Under the pieces are notes generated by a model, which saw only the letters and a list, made by a program, of their open reading frames with translations, made no database searches and was not told the DNA's origin. The position numbers and the translations under genes are program-made. Positions 49,401-63,170 of a DNA stretch of 64,000 nt are shown in pieces. Position 1 is the first letter of the stretch. Each line of letters begins with the position of its first letter. The stretch covers positions 149,505 to 213,504 of the forward strand of contig NIVC01002011.1 of the NCBI GenBank assembly GCA_002269645.1. Direction: 5' to 3'. This DNA comes from Macrostomum lignano (Eukaryota).

Positions 49401-52400
49401 CTCATTCCTGTGCGTTCCAAAGCAAAGCTATGAAATTAACGATGAAAAAATATATTTTGCTCTAAAAGAAATAATTCAATATTAAAGGTGAGTGACTTCT
49501 GTGAAAATGGAATTTCAAGGGATGAACAAGTGCACAAAACTTTTACACTCAATCTCCAATAGTCTTCACATGCCAAACTTAAGGAATCGTGCCTTGGTGG
49601 AATTCTCAAAGCCCTCTATCTCGATCCTTCGGCTCGGTGACACAGCCCTCTATCTCGATCCCTCAGCTCGGTGACACAGCCCTCTATCCCATCCCGATCC
49701 CTCAGCTCGGTGACACAGCCCTCTATCCCATCCCGATCCCTCAGCTCGGTGACACAGCCCTCTATCCCGATCCCTCAGCTCGGTGACACAGCCCTCTATC
49801 CCGACTCCATGCATTATAAATTATGATAGTTTATTTAGTAGTTTCTATTATCTGTCGCCAGTGGAATCATGCAGATGCAAGACCGAACACATGCGGACCA
49901 AAGAAGCTGCTCATGCACCGCTCATGCACCGGATGCGCAGACAGACGGCCTCATCGTGCAGCCGTGCAGCTGGTTATTATGTACTTTTTGTAGAGCCGAC
50001 ATGCGAGCTCACCGAGGCCGCGAGTCAGGCTGGAGGCTGACGCTGAGATGTCGTACCGGCTGCCGCTGCTGGCTCGAGATTCGTCTAATATTTTTTGCCG
50101 AGATTAAATTAGCTTTGGTATTCTACGAATAATTCGCTTTGTGCTTGGCTCAGTTTTATTGTGGGAACAGTTTTTCTTATAGAGTGGCCCGCTGGGTGTA
50201 TTCAATCAATATATGCAGTGTATGCTCGTACATACGTAACTCTAGTCACACACAAACTGTTTGTGAATTGCCGACTCGAAAAAATTGAACTAAACAAAAC
50301 TAAGGTGACACGGTTTTGTTCGCAGGGTAACCAAATATAATTCTATCTGTTGTTATAACTGGAAAAATGATCGTCTTACTCTGTCCTCTAGCTGAAATAT
50401 TCGATAAGTTTGTTATTTTCAATGATTAGTAATGCTGTTATGATTATGAGAGACATGCATTCCTGACATTACCAATAGATATATTGTCATGCATTATATG
50501 GTTTGCTACTGTTTTGTTTTTAATTAGCAAAAATTAGATATTAATATATTATCAAAGACAATGGTGGTTTATCTCAGCTATCGTGCCTGTAGCTTCAATA
50601 AACAAAAGCCGATTCTTTGAACTGTCGCGAGGCAGTGCAGAAAACCTACTGAAATATTGTGTCTAAACTCACTCTGCTTGAACGTCTGCTTGAGCAGCAC
50701 CGGTTCCAGGCTGGGGTCCAGCTCCTCTCCGACATTCTCTAGTAGCAGCGGGTTGCCGTAGCTGATGGCCATCTCCATCTGGCGCATGTAGTTCGAGTCG
50801 CTCAGTTTGATCACGGCGAAGCCTGGCGTCGACTTGTATGTGTTCTTGATCCACTTGTTGGCCTGGCCTTGCGGATCGATCATGAGCGGCCTAAACGTGT
50901 CGATAGTAAGCTTACGTTAAATCACGTGACAGCAGAATCAACTGAGTTCCTTTGGTGAAGACCAGGGAGTAGCGGCATCCCATCGATGGACTGGGGGAGT
51001 TGCGGAATCCCATCAATGGACTGGGGGAGTTGCGGCATCCCATCGATGGACTGGGGGAGTTGCGGAATCCCATCAATGGACTGGGGGAGTTGCGGAATCC
51101 CATCGATGGACTGGGGGAGTTGCGGTATCCCATCGATGGACTGGGGGAGTTGCGGCATCCCATCGAAGCAACGCTTTTACGCAAAAACCGAATTTGTGCG
51201 TCTTTGCACTGTCGAGATTCAAAATGGTATATTACAATCGATTGCTTAGCACTCACCAGCGCCTGGAATTGGACACAATGACCGAATTGTCAATGGAGAA
51301 CGCGTCTCTCGGCAGGCCGGCAATGTTCCAGGCCTGGATCTGCACGGGATCACCCAGACAGACGGTCAGGGAGAAATTATCCGAACAGGGAATATTCTTT
51401 TCTTTGCACAGCTTCACCCACTCGTTGGTGGTCTGGGACCTGTAGATCATGGTGAATGGGCCCAGGTAGGCAATAACACCTGCGGATATGAGCACATCGC
51501 CAAGCAGGTTGTCGTAGATGCTCTGCAGGTTCTTGGCCGCCTGATCCCAGCGGTCCTTCTCCCCTCCAAGGCCGCCGATGAGCTTCTTGGCTCTGTCCAG
51601 CTTCTTGGCGCAGAGATCGACCTCCATCTCTAGGCGCGCCTTCTCATTCTGCGCGTCCTCCAGCCGCTGCTTCAGCTGGGCCAGCTTGTCCTGCACGGCG
51701 CGCAACTCGCCCTGCTTCTGCGCCAGAATCTCCATGTTGCTCTTCAGCTCAGACTCGGCCTCGGCCAGCTTGGCCTTCTTCGGGGCCACCACCTTGGCGA
51801 CGCGATCGTAGACCTCCATGGCGAGGATCCACTTGCACAGACCTTCAGCTGCGGACGATGCACGTGACACCTTGCTGGGCTCGAACTCGGGATTTGGTAT
51901 GTACTCCTTGCGGATCTTTGTCATCACCGCGACGGGTATGTTGTCTTTGTCATACTCTTTCAGATAATTCAGGAAATTCATGTCGTTGATCAGCTTCTTG
52001 GACGGGCCCCAGTAATCGAGCACCTTTTTGGGTCCGCCTGCCGGGTCTTGAATCTTGTCGGGCGGCACCTGGCGCATTACGCACACGGCGGCCATCACGA
52101 TCTTTACGCCTTCGGGAGGATTCTGCATCGTTTTCACGATGGTGATATCACTGGGCTTCAGGGTATTCAGCGCCTCCAGGGCGGCCTCAAGAGCTGGCAG
52201 GGCCTCAGCCAGGTCCGCTTCGCATTCATCCTTTAACGCACGCGAGGAGGCCGCCTTCTCGTTAACCATCGCCTCCTCCTTGGTCACCTTGTCCTCCTGC
52301 TCGGCAACTACAACCGATTCGTGCTCGATAACTTTCATAAGCTCAATGTTCTCAGCGCTGGCCTGCACCAGCTGCGGCTGCAGAGCCTCCAGCTTCTCCT

Positions 52401-55400
52401 GCATGTCCTTCACTTGCTCACCAGCGAAGGCCAGCTTGTCCAGACCATTGACGTAGCGCCGCTTTTGGCGCATCGTTTCCTCCTGTTTGGCATTGATGAG
52501 GCCTCGGAAGCTGAGGATAAGCTCTAAATAGGAGGTGGGCGTCACGTATGTCTTACGTCCCATCTCCGTCAAAAACTTTTCTGACAGCAGTCGAATGCTG
52601 GTGTGGAAATTCTGCACAATCTTCACCACGTCGGTCCTGTGGTCATCCTCCATATCGACTGACTCGAAGGACTTCATGGCCACGCGTTCCAGAGCATCTG
52701 GTGGCCAGGGCTGGAACCAGTCAATTGTGCAGCAGTTGATCAGGCTGGGAAACTTCCGTAGCCGATTCCTGAATGCGTCGCCAATAGGCGAGAAGGCGAT
52801 CACAATGTGCAGGTTCTCTCGCACCCGATTCACGAAGAATGCGTACAGGGCGATTGGAGAGAAGTCGGCGTTCTTGTCGCCAGCTTGGGCAAATGGCCGC
52901 ACGGTCTCCATGATCTCAACCTTCTCGTCGTTGGGGAAAAGGTTGGGAATTTCTCCCGTGTTTAGCAGATTGTCAATGTCCTCCAGGAAGGTTTCCTCTT
53001 TGATCTGCGTGTCGGCCATCAGGAAGACGGTTTTCTTTCCTTCAGCACCGGCTTTCTTCATCATCTTCTTGACGTCCTCGCGCCACTCGGTCATGCCGTA
53101 ATTCTTTGAGATTTCCGGCTGGCAGATGATGTAGCCAGCCATTGAGGTGGCCAGCCGCGTTAGCGACTGTCTACCAGAGCCGCCGACGCCGACAAGAAGG
53201 GCGTGACCTCCTGGCGTCCTGAGGATGCGGCAGATTCTTGATAGATGCTCTAGTACGTAGCGGAAGATGACCAGGTGCATCTTGTTCTTTTGAATGTTGT
53301 TGTACTCGTCCAGAGCCTGCTCGACAATCGGGTACAAATCGTCAATGCTCTTTGCTTCTTCGTACACCCGCTCATCAGGCTCAAGATCCGGGTTCATGAA
53401 GTCGCCAAAGATCAACGATCTGACGTCTTCCTCGCTGACTGACCCCTGCCCGGTACCGCCACCGGCCAGATGCTCAAACACGGACTCGAAGCTGTCCTTG
53501 AAGTGGTTCTTTACTGAGTCCTGCAGCAGCTTGAATAGCCATTTCCTGTCCGTGTCGTCTGTTAGACGATCGTAAAAGACGCGCATCACCTCGTGGCACC
53601 ACAGGCGAGTGAAGACGCGTTTCTCTGTCACCTGCTCGCGCTTAATCAGACAGACACCCAGGATGATTCGGCTGAAGTCGCGCAGGTTGAACACGTAGTG
53701 ACTCTTAGCCGGCGTTGGCAGGAGATTCTTGATAGCTGCCTTGTAGACCTCCATGGTCGAGTGCACGATGGTACTGCCGATGGCGAGGAAGTCCGATGTG
53801 AAGCCTTGCGTCTTCATGTACGTATTCATCAGAGCTGTGAAAATGCGAATCATTGTGTCATCGTTAAATGGCGTCATTGAGACGATGTTGAAGTGTCGCA
53901 TGAAGCGCGGCGTGATGTCGTTGCGGCCGCCACCCGGTGGTCCCATGGCGGCGATGAAGTAAACATCCTGAAGGATGATCTTGGAAGTGTCCTTCAAGTC
54001 GTACCAGTTGCCGTGGTCAAAGTACTGGCGAAGCAGCTCAATGGGCGGCTGGGCTCCGTACACCTCCTTCTGCGGCATATTGATGTCGTCAATGAAAATG
54101 ACAGCCTGCTTGTTGATCGGCGGTCCGAAGATTCCCTTGCGGCGCCTGTCCAGCTTTGACATGATGACGGTCTGCGTCTGATTGGCGCTTGTCTGAGCAC
54201 TGAAATTCACGAAATGAGGCACAAATTTGTCCTTTGACAGCTCGTTCATCATCTTGTCCTGGACGTAGACGGATTTTCCCGTGCCGGTAGGGCCGACAAA
54301 CATAAGCGGCCGTGATTTCTCAATGCAGAGATCCATGATGAACTTGTAGCGTGCGGTGTCCATGGTGGGCACCAGGATCTCGCGGATCTTCTTGCCGGCA
54401 AACAGATCCGCGCCGCGAATCAGATCGTTCCAGTGGCGCCACTGGCCTCTGGCCTTGGTCTGCAATGGCAACAAAGGCAGTGCTTGCTCTACTTCCGACT
54501 AAGTCAGATTTCTGCTGCTGACCCTATGAAAATGCGTGTGAATTCTTGAAATAAAGCATTTTCATAAAAAAGATAAAAAAATCTTTCCTCTTTGTGACTG
54601 GCTGAAAAAACACATTTATATGAAATTTGACACAAATAAAATCGTGATTCTAGCCACTGTGACTGTGCCACTTTGGTCATGACAATTAACTTACAACAAG
54701 GTTGAGCCTATTAAACTGGAAGTTTGCACATGATAGAAGAAATTGTTTGTTAGCTTGCGTTATGCTTTGTTAGACAGACTGGCAGAATTGAAGCTTAGTT
54801 GTAGCAAGTGCATACCTCGTACATGTAGTCATAGACCATTCCATTTTCTGGGAACACGGTCTCAATCTTGCCTATCTCCTTTGGTATCGGGTTAGCCTCA
54901 TTGCGACCACTGATGAGTTCGCGGAAGAACTTGTCGAATTTTTCTCGACTGTCGACGTCCAGAATGCCGCCGATGGACCACGGGATGGCAAAGAGCCAGG
55001 CAGCTACAATCCACGTCTTCAGGTGCTTGTTGTCCTTGGCGTTCTCGGCGTTGACGTGCTCGTCCATGAGCATGTCGATGAAGAACATGCATGACCGCAC
55101 CAGATTAGTCTGGCTGCTGTTGATGTACTCTCGGCAGCTCTTGCGCACAAAGTCCAGGCAAGGATCAATGGCCCACTCCATGAGGTGCGACATCACTTCT
55201 TGGCTGCCGTCCTTGATCAGCACCTCGGGGAAGCTTTCGATCCAGGACTTGACCAACGGGCGCCAGCCCAGAGTGCTGGGCTCGAGGTAAATCATGCCAC
55301 ACCGGCTGACAGTGGCCGGGGACGCCTGCGACAGGTCCATGGTCTCGAAGATGAGACTCATGACCTTGCTCATCTGGATGATTTCTCCAGACATCAGACA

Positions 55401-58400
55401 CAGCTTCTTGTTGTCGTCTGCAATTAAACAAAAATATTGACAGTGCCGTTGAATATTTCACATTTTATTGATAAATTGTGCTATCTATTTAATCCAAGCT
55501 CACCCAGAACAGTGTTCATGGACTCAATCCACAGCGTATCGATGGGCCCATCGAAAATGACCCACTTCCGGTCGGGTGTGTCGTTAGAAGCGAATTCTCG
55601 GAACGTGTTGGCTGTGATACCGTCGGTCCACTCGTGCGACACCGGGTCGAACTGGCCAAACAGCTGGCCCATTGTGATGGCTTTGGGATTGATGGTCCGG
55701 TACATGACCTTCTCGTAGTCTTCCGAGTAGCCGGCCTCGTTCAAATTGGTCATCGTCTCGGCCAGAACATGAAGCACACTCGTCTTTCCACCGAACGGTT
55801 CGCCCACCAGCATGAAGCTAAAATAGGAAAGCATTTATTGTGTACTGTTTGCTCATACGATAAACAATCAGCAAAAGCATTCACTCGGCAACTCACCCGT
55901 GACGTACGATCATCATTTCGTAGGTCTGGATGATTTTCTCGGTAAAGAAGTCAACACTCTGCAGTTTGTGAGCCTCGCATACGCGACGAATTTCGTCGAG
56001 GAAGATCCTGTAGTCCGCTTCGGGCCTCTTAACTCCCGGAAACAAGTCGCTGATGATGCCCTCAAACAGTGGAATATCGTGCGACAAGAATTTTGGCAAG
56101 TTCACATCCAGGATGGAGCGTAGCAGCAGGATGTTCTCATCGTCATCTGGAAACTTCAGCTTGAGATTTCCGGCAGCTGAGAGCACAGCCTTGACGGCAC
56201 GCATTCCGTAGTCGTAGTGGCTCTGCGAACTGAGCAGCTCGGAGCTCAGTCGGTAAGTGGTAACAATCTTCACGGCCAGGTTTCGAGCGTCCATGAAGCC
56301 GAACGAGTAAAGAGAGATCTCTCCGATCATGGCATAGTCTGGCACCATCATAGCCACCGGCCGGAACAGCACCTTCAGGTTGTCGGGCAGCTCGGAGCGG
56401 CCGGCATATCCGGGGTTCATGGTGATGCACACGTAGCAGTTGGGGTTGAGCTTGAGCAGGGTGCCCTCGAAGTCGAACTCAGAGGCTTTGCTTCGCACGG
56501 CGATGATGATGCTGAGAATCTGCTGCGCCACCACAGACAATACTTCGAGCTCGATTCGATTGAACTCGTCGAAGCAGGCCCAGGCGCCGCTGGATGCCAG
56601 GCCCTTGAAGAACTTCCCCATGGCAATGTAGTCCAGGCCGTCCGAGCAGTTAAAAACAACACACTGTACAGCCAGAGCCTTCGCCAAATCCTTTGTTGTT
56701 TCCGTCTTGCCCGTACCGGCTGGACCCTCGGGAGCGCCATTCAAATTGAGGTGGTACGCGCCGATCAGAGTGCGATAGCACCTGTCCGTAAGCGGCGTGA
56801 TGACAAGACGCGGCGAGTTGCCCAGGTACTCGTAGGCGTACCGAACTTTGGCGTTGGTCAGGCGGATGAACACGTTCTCGTCCTCCCAGTAGTAGCGCAT
56901 CTGCGCCAGCCAATTGAAGTCGTTTTCATCGGACACGCCCTTCTTCACCATGTCTTCCACCACGTCCCGGGAGTGCACATCGATAACGACCAGCGCACCC
57001 AGAGTGATGCGCTGCTGCGCGTTCAGCTTGCCACGAACCAGCACAACGATGTCAGATAGCTGGTCGGACAGCTTCTTGTAGTAGTCCTTAAGACCCTGGA
57101 CACCGGCGCTTAGCGAGTCGTGCACCTCGGCTGTCCAGTAGATCTGGGAGACACACAGGACTACCTGTCCAGGCCAGTCACAGACCCACTTCTTTCGGGC
57201 CTCAATAGCATAGGCCTATAAAGAGAAAACGGTTGAGGTGACCTTGCAGTTAATGAAGATTGATTAATCAGCGCACACAAAAACATTTTATGGTTTGCAT
57301 GCGAAGGGAAGGAAATATGTGATTTTCAATACTGTTATTGATTGAGTCATTTAACCGACAAAATTATTAGTACGAGTAGAATTTCGTGATTAAAAACAAA
57401 AATAGACAGTGACTTGACAATTGATACACTGGGAAACAGCAAGGATTGATTTTGGCGTCTCGGGATGGCACTGGTCAAACATTCAATTTCAAACTTCAGT
57501 TCACCAACAACTGAACAAAAACAAGCACGACAAATTGAGAAATTACATGCGTCGTGTCCGCTGACAAGAGCGACGGATATTTCTGAAACGTTGGCATTCA
57601 GTGCGACAATAACTGCATCTCATCGTATTGTATAAAAAGTACCGATCGAACTGTACATCGTGACAGCCTAATAGTTTACCATGCTTAGTGACATATATCG
57701 GACGCAACGAATTAAATTTACTCGTACTAGCAAATATGACCAGAGAAAATGCTTAAGCTATTGATGCTATTGTGTGCCCAATAAAATTAAATAAACAATT
57801 TTAAAGCTTAGAAACGTATCAGCTCATCGGCGGGACTAGACGCAAACATGATGTTGTTGATTCGTTTGTCACACAAGTCCTAAAAAACGATTTTACGATG
57901 GTTGAGTTGTTGCCGCTCTGACGGAATCTATTATAAGAGAAAGATCAAACGCTACGAATGGAACGGAGATTTGCTCAATTTTTTGTTTAAATAAACTCTA
58001 AAAATGGATTAGCTGAGGGAGAGAGAAACAGGACTTACGTCGTAGGACGCAGCGATAACATCGCGCATGGACATCAACATGACGTCCTGCACCTGAAGGA
58101 GCCACTTTTCAACCGCTCCTCGCGCCTCAGACGTGCTGATGGTCTGGCTAAACTTGATCTTCTCTCCTTCGCTCGAATACATCCCGTGAATGTCCAGCGC
58201 ACTATCGAACTCCAACTTCGCGATGCCCTCAAAGCACTTCTTAAGATGCGGCTGGACGCGCAGCGGGTCCTTTGTCTCGGACAGAATCTCCAGCATCTCA
58301 TCGTTCGACAGGAAGAAAAATCGAGGGAAGAAAAGACGCTTCTTTTCCAGGTAGGAGTTCAGACCCTTCTGGATCTTGTCCAGCAGATCGTTGGAGTCTT

Positions 58401-61400
58401 TCAGTTTCTCCAGGAGGCCGGGCATGTCGGTGGCCTTCAGCAGCTTGGGGTCCTTGGCAGTGTTCTTCATGATGTCGCGCCAGTTGCGATCCACAGTTTG
58501 GAACAGGCGGCCCTGTTCCGGCATCTGCTGCATGATGTCCTCAGAGCTGAAGATCGGCTCTAGGTACAGCCAGTTCGCCTGCACCTTCAGCCACTCGTCG
58601 ATGGTCTCCTGAATGCGCAGCAGGCGCTCTTCCCACTCTCGGATTTCCTTTTCAAATGGCCGGATGAACGGCGAGCCACGCATCGTCTGCGTGCGCATGA
58701 TCTGGTCGTCGAGCTGGGTTTGAATATCGTCAACACTGGACAGAATGTTGATGCCGGTCTCGCGGTAGGGGATCAGGGAGAAGCTGATTGGCTCCCAGTC
58801 TTCGATCATCTTCTTCATGCCTGAAATGCCGGTATGTGGAATGCGTGTAATAACCACGAACTAGAAATTTGATAGAAGCCAAATCTGAACTCACCCTTCT
58901 CAAGGCTGTGCTCTTTGTAGCGGCAGCGGATATCTGGCCGAACTCCTCCATGAAGGCGTCCAGCTTGAGCCCGAGCACCTTGATTAAAGTTGTTCCAGAA
59001 TCCGGGGTGATGTCGAATCCGCAGATGCTGGACATTTTTTCCCAGTGACGCTGCCGGATGCCCGGGTTGCACAGAATTTCGATGACGTTGATCTTCTCCT
59101 TGAACTCGCGGATCTTCTCCGTTAGAGTGTTGCAAATGTCCAGTGCAGCGGGCGGCTTAACTTCCTCTTCATCATCTTTTTCCTCCTCGCCACCCTCACC
59201 TTGAGTGTCTTCCTCCAGCTTCTTTCTCTTCTTCTTCTCGCGCTCCCGCTCTTCCTTTTCGGCCTGCATCTTCTTCAGCCGGTTGTTGAACACCTTGGAG
59301 ACGCGGAAAATTTCGCGGCTAATTTCATCCACCTCTTCGGCAATGCGCTCGGCATCCAGGGCGAGGAATTCACCTTTCAGCCACCTGAAGAGAGAGATAA
59401 AACATTACGCTAAAGTATTTCCATGGTTCGATAAACACTATTTCATGCACTTACTGGTTCTCCTTATTCAAGTATCGGAATGTGTTCTTAAAGATGCTAA
59501 GGAACGGCTGCATCAGGTTAGTCAAGTCGTCGATATCTGGGAATGGCGTCACGGGTACTTGTACAGCTGCTCCTCCTTGTTGATCCACTCGGAGTCGGCC
59601 CGAGCGGTGTCCAGGCGCTGCTGAACTTTGTTGACGTCCTGCACGTACTGGCTCATGATCTCGAGATCCATCTCGCCGTAGTCGTTGAATTCATCCACTC
59701 GGTTGCGGATGCGCTGCAACTCGGCAATTAGCTTCTCCTTGCGCTCAATCAGAAGCTTCTCACCTTGAGTCTTGGACTCCTCTTGCAGCTGGAAGAGTTA
59801 TTTGATTGAAGCAAAGTAACTCAATGCGTACTTTAATTTATCATATTCAGCAGCTACTTACCGTCTCGTTTTCATCGAAGATTGGCGAGATCCTCTTCGG
59901 CCAAGTCAGGACTTCACTGTTCAGCTGGAGATCGTCGTCGTTGAAGATCCAGACGTCCAGCAAGTACTGCAGGCGGTTTTGTGATTCCTTGATCTTCTCA
60001 TTCAGCGTCACCATGCCAGTGCTACGAGCTTGCTCCATAAATTTAATCATCTCCATGAGCTCCTCGCTGGTCTCCGGTTTCTTCTGAGCTCTGGCCTTGA
60101 CGTAGTCGAACTGCTGGCAGATTTTTGTGTTCTCAGCACGGTGGTCACGCACCACCCGCTCCAGCAGGCGGTCGGCGTAGCCCTGAGCCACTTCGGCGAG
60201 GCCGTTCTTCAGCTCCTCGACGTTCAGCCGGATGAGATCGTAGAACTCTATGGTTGGATTACGCCGAATGGCGTACGAGATGGCGCGATACTCTTCGATC
60301 AGCTCGCAGTACTCGGCGAACGTGTGTTCCTCGGTTAGGAACTTCTCTACTCGAGAGTTGGCCGTACCGTCGACCAGGTAATCGTACCGCTCGTGGTACG
60401 ACCTGAGGCTGTTCTCTACGCTTTCAAAGTAGCGCGCAGCAGCGGATTTTAGTTTGGCTTTGGCCAACTGCACGATGTGCTCCGCCAGCTCCGTCGGGAC
60501 GTTCACATTCGGCGTGGCTGACAGCTGCGAGCTCACTGTGGGAATCGAGCTTAGGCTCTTGTTCACCTCATCTACAACCGAGAGTAGGAGGTCCTCGTAC
60601 ACCGCGTACTCTGGATCGACGCTCATTTGGCGATCTTGGAAGGACAGGAACATGTTGAGCTGCGGCAGCCTGAAGCGCTGCTCCTCATCAAAGAGGAGAA
60701 CCCACGCATTGACGGTTTCCTCTTTGAGCAGCTTGAGCTGGTTTGACATGAGAGTGGTTACGCAGCTGTAGAACGGCTCCTGAAGGTCCACACGAAGCAC
60801 TGAAGTTGTGCGTTCAGAGAAGATCTTCATCACCTCCCGGTACCAGTGGCCGAGTAATCGCTCTTCCATCTTTTCGCATTCGTAGGTAACATTTGTGCGC
60901 AATGTCTCAAACTCCATGGGGCTTTCGGCCTTGTACTCAGCCAAGTCCAGAATTATCTGCTGGCCGAGCTCACGCTGGCACAGCTCCAGCAGCTTTGGCA
61001 TTTGTGGATACAGAATCATCAGCCGGTAAGAAATTTCTCGCTTATTCGCTACGAAACTCTCGTGCCACTCCTTTGAGAAATCGAGTCCTCTGAAAATTTT
61101 ATTGAGTTCGAAATCGCTTACTTAAATTTTAGGCTTCTAGGCTAGGCTTACTTAAATTCTCTCAGTGATCAGTTAAATTAAAGTTGATGACCTACACTGG
61201 TTCCTCTGACGGTTCCACTAGATCATCGTCCTCCAGGCCAGGGACATCAGGCTTCTTCAGAGACAGTTGAACTAAAATCGATGTTTCAGCTCGTAAAATT
61301 AGATAATCTGCATTGAAAGCAACCCCTTTCAAGCGGGTTTTAGTTTAAAAATTTTGAATTACTCACCAAGAGATTTCTTCATGCTTGTGTCAAAGTTCTG

Positions 61401-62396
61401 ATTTACTTCAGCCAGCACTTCGTTCAGAAAATCGTCCTTGCCTTCGCGAAGATGTTCGGCAATCTTGTGCTTTATGTTGACCAGCCATTCCGGCGACATG
61501 GGCGGAATCGGGCTGCTTTCAACGCACTTTCGTAGGAATTCGTAGTTTAATCGCACTTTTCTGTCATCGCTCATCATCTGAAAAGTAGTTTTTTGCCTAG
61601 CTAAAGTTCTATAAGCAAGACAAGTATTTGCAGAGATTGAAAATCATCTCAAGCCAAAATAAAACACAGTGGAAAGGCGCACCTCCTGTGGATACTCCGG
61701 CGGAGTTGGTTTCGACAGATCTTTGTTGTCATACTTCATTTCGTGCTGTGTTTTCAGCGCCCTCTCGATTCTAATTAAAAATGAGATTAGAGTTAAAATA
61801 TAATTTTTCAGATATGAAATTTAGATACCCCAAAATGTTTGAGTATAAATTTTTGATACTTAACAATAAATTACTGCAAATTGCGTTCAGAGAAAGAATG
61901 TTGCAGTATGTACAAAATATACCCTGTTAATATAGAGTAAATTCACAGTTTTAGAATCTAATATTTTTGGTGAAATCCAACGTACCATTATTAAGGCCAC
62001 ATCCAATGTTTTAGGTTGCAAGTAAAATACAACTTATAACCAATTAAGCATATATATAGATGTCTAAGTTTCTAAATACATATATGTAAATTTGATAGTT
62101 AGATAAATAGTGCAAAATTGAAATGCAGATCAACGATCTAAACAGAAAAGGATCAAAGTATCGATTAAACACTAAAATTTATCAACTGGGGCAGCAAAAG
62201 TCAAGCTTTAACCACCAAATAATGTCACTTACAAGAACTGTTGCAACTGATCTCTTTTCTTGTCGGCCAGGCGGTAGTTATGCAAATTAAGAGCGGCGAA
62301 TTCACCCTCTTCAACTCCGGATTTGCTTTTCACATCATGCTTTCCATTAGATCGTTTCTCCCCCGCGATTGGGGGGAGTTTTTCGTTGCTGCTCAT
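43474..62396 (-). CDS. DNAH12: Axonemal inner-arm dynein heavy chain, DNAH12-like (DNAH3/7/12 group), ~3,980 aa; two apparent 1-bp frameshifts in this sequence
   Basis: Exons 62396-62233 (MSSNEKLPP), 61770-61683, 61577-61367, 61271-61196, 61089-59862, 59788-59455, 59384-58895, 58820-58039, 57215-55897, 55817-55504, 55417-54816, 54459-51257, 50890-50673, 49350-49158, 49049-48857, 48576-48404, [48000-47860 or 47590-47450], 46914-46756, 46464-44674, 43735-43474. P-loops [33 protein letters not shown]; C-terminus [15 protein letters not shown]. Family is certain; the DNAH12 orthology rests on remembered motifs ([23 protein letters not shown]). Confidence 0.9.
43751..44001. repeat. 38-bp minisatellite (ggggtcgggaccatagacagtgtaaaaagctggactaa), ~7 copies, last dynein intron
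   Basis: Tandem units starting ~13 bp from the acceptor; each unit carries CCATAGAC or a 1-nt variant. Confidence 0.92.
44441..44480 (+). ncRNA. Minimal type I hammerhead ribozyme motif (Penelope-like element type), probably inactivated
   Basis: CCAG-CTGACGA-A-GAGT-AAAG-ACTC-AAAA(AA)GCA-GTC-CTGG: stem I CCAG/CTGG, stem II GAGT/ACTC, GUC triplet; G12 reads A. Confidence 0.55.
46584..46721. repeat. 33-bp minisatellite, 4 copies, dynein intron
   Basis: tttccagctatacctgagtgatcagcacacc(a/t)g units. Confidence 0.92.
47450..47590 (-). CDS. Dynein exon 17b (alternative, tandem duplicate of 17a)
   Basis: tttcag acceptor, gtaagt donor, 141 nt, phase 2-2: [46 protein letters not shown]. Confidence 0.88.
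47860..48000 (-). CDS. Dynein exon 17a (alternative)
   Basis: tttcag acceptor, gtgaga donor, 141 nt, phase 2-2: [46 protein letters not shown]. Confidence 0.9.
49612..49806. repeat. 33/39-bp minisatellite, ~5 copies, dynein intron
   Basis: ctcagctcggtgacacagccctctatcc(catcc)cgatcc units. Confidence 0.9.
50965..51165. repeat. 30-bp minisatellite, ~6.5 copies, dynein intron
   Basis: gcggcatcccatcgatggactgggggagtt units. Confidence 0.92.
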
Positions 62397-62927
62397 GGCA
62401 CCATATACAAAAATCCAAGAAAAAAGACTGTGATGTAAATTCTTACAGTTCTAAATGTTACTAAAATCTCACAAAAAATTGAAATTAAATTTACTTCGTG
62501 CTCGCTAGCTACGACTAAGTTATAACAAATTTTTGACATTTGTTCTTAGTTTATCGTGTTATGTATAACTTTTCGCGCAAAAAAATATTTATAATTTTTT
62601 TAAAACAAAATAATAAACCTCAAAATTTTCGTTTGTTTATGAATTTATAACGCACAACCACGCCGCTGCGTTGTCGAATAACATTCAAAGCATGTGAGTC
62701 AGTTTGAACTAAATTTACAAAAATTTTCACTGCGATCCTGTGGTAATAAACCTATTTGTCCTGCTAGGTTGATATAGTCATTTTTAGAATAGAAAATCTT
62801 CTGTTGTCCGGAGTTAATTGCTGTGTTTTTGTTCTTGGTCTTGACTTGATATATAGGGCCTGGGCAAAATAAGTATCCTAATCCTAGGAGTAAGGACCTA
62901 GTCATTCCTATTATTTATAAAATAATT

Positions 62928-63170
62928 ATGACTAAACTATCGCCTAGTCCTTTCAACACTATGAGCTCGCCTTGGATGAAATCTACTACCTATTATGTTA
63001 ATCCAACATCATCCGTTCCAGTTCCAGCTATTTATCCAACAGCAACGTGGAATAATAAAGTAAACTCTTTTGTTCTAGAAAACAAACAAACACTACTAAA
63101 AAGTGCAGTGATTTTGTGTGTTCTTACAGCCCTTGTGCTGTTGTTCTTTGTTGCCAAGTCTGTCATGTAA
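62928..63170 (+). CDS. Candidate 80-aa small membrane protein with C-terminal hydrophobic helix
   Basis: Intronless ORF ending SAVILCVLTALVLLFFVAKSVM*; tataaaataatt lies directly before the ATG; divergent to the dynein ATG 531 bp away. No homology recognised. Confidence 0.3.
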   Translation: MTKLSPSPFNTMSSPWMKSTTYYVNPTSSVPVPAIYPTATWNNKVNSFVLENKQTLLKSAVILCVLTALVLLFFVAKSVM

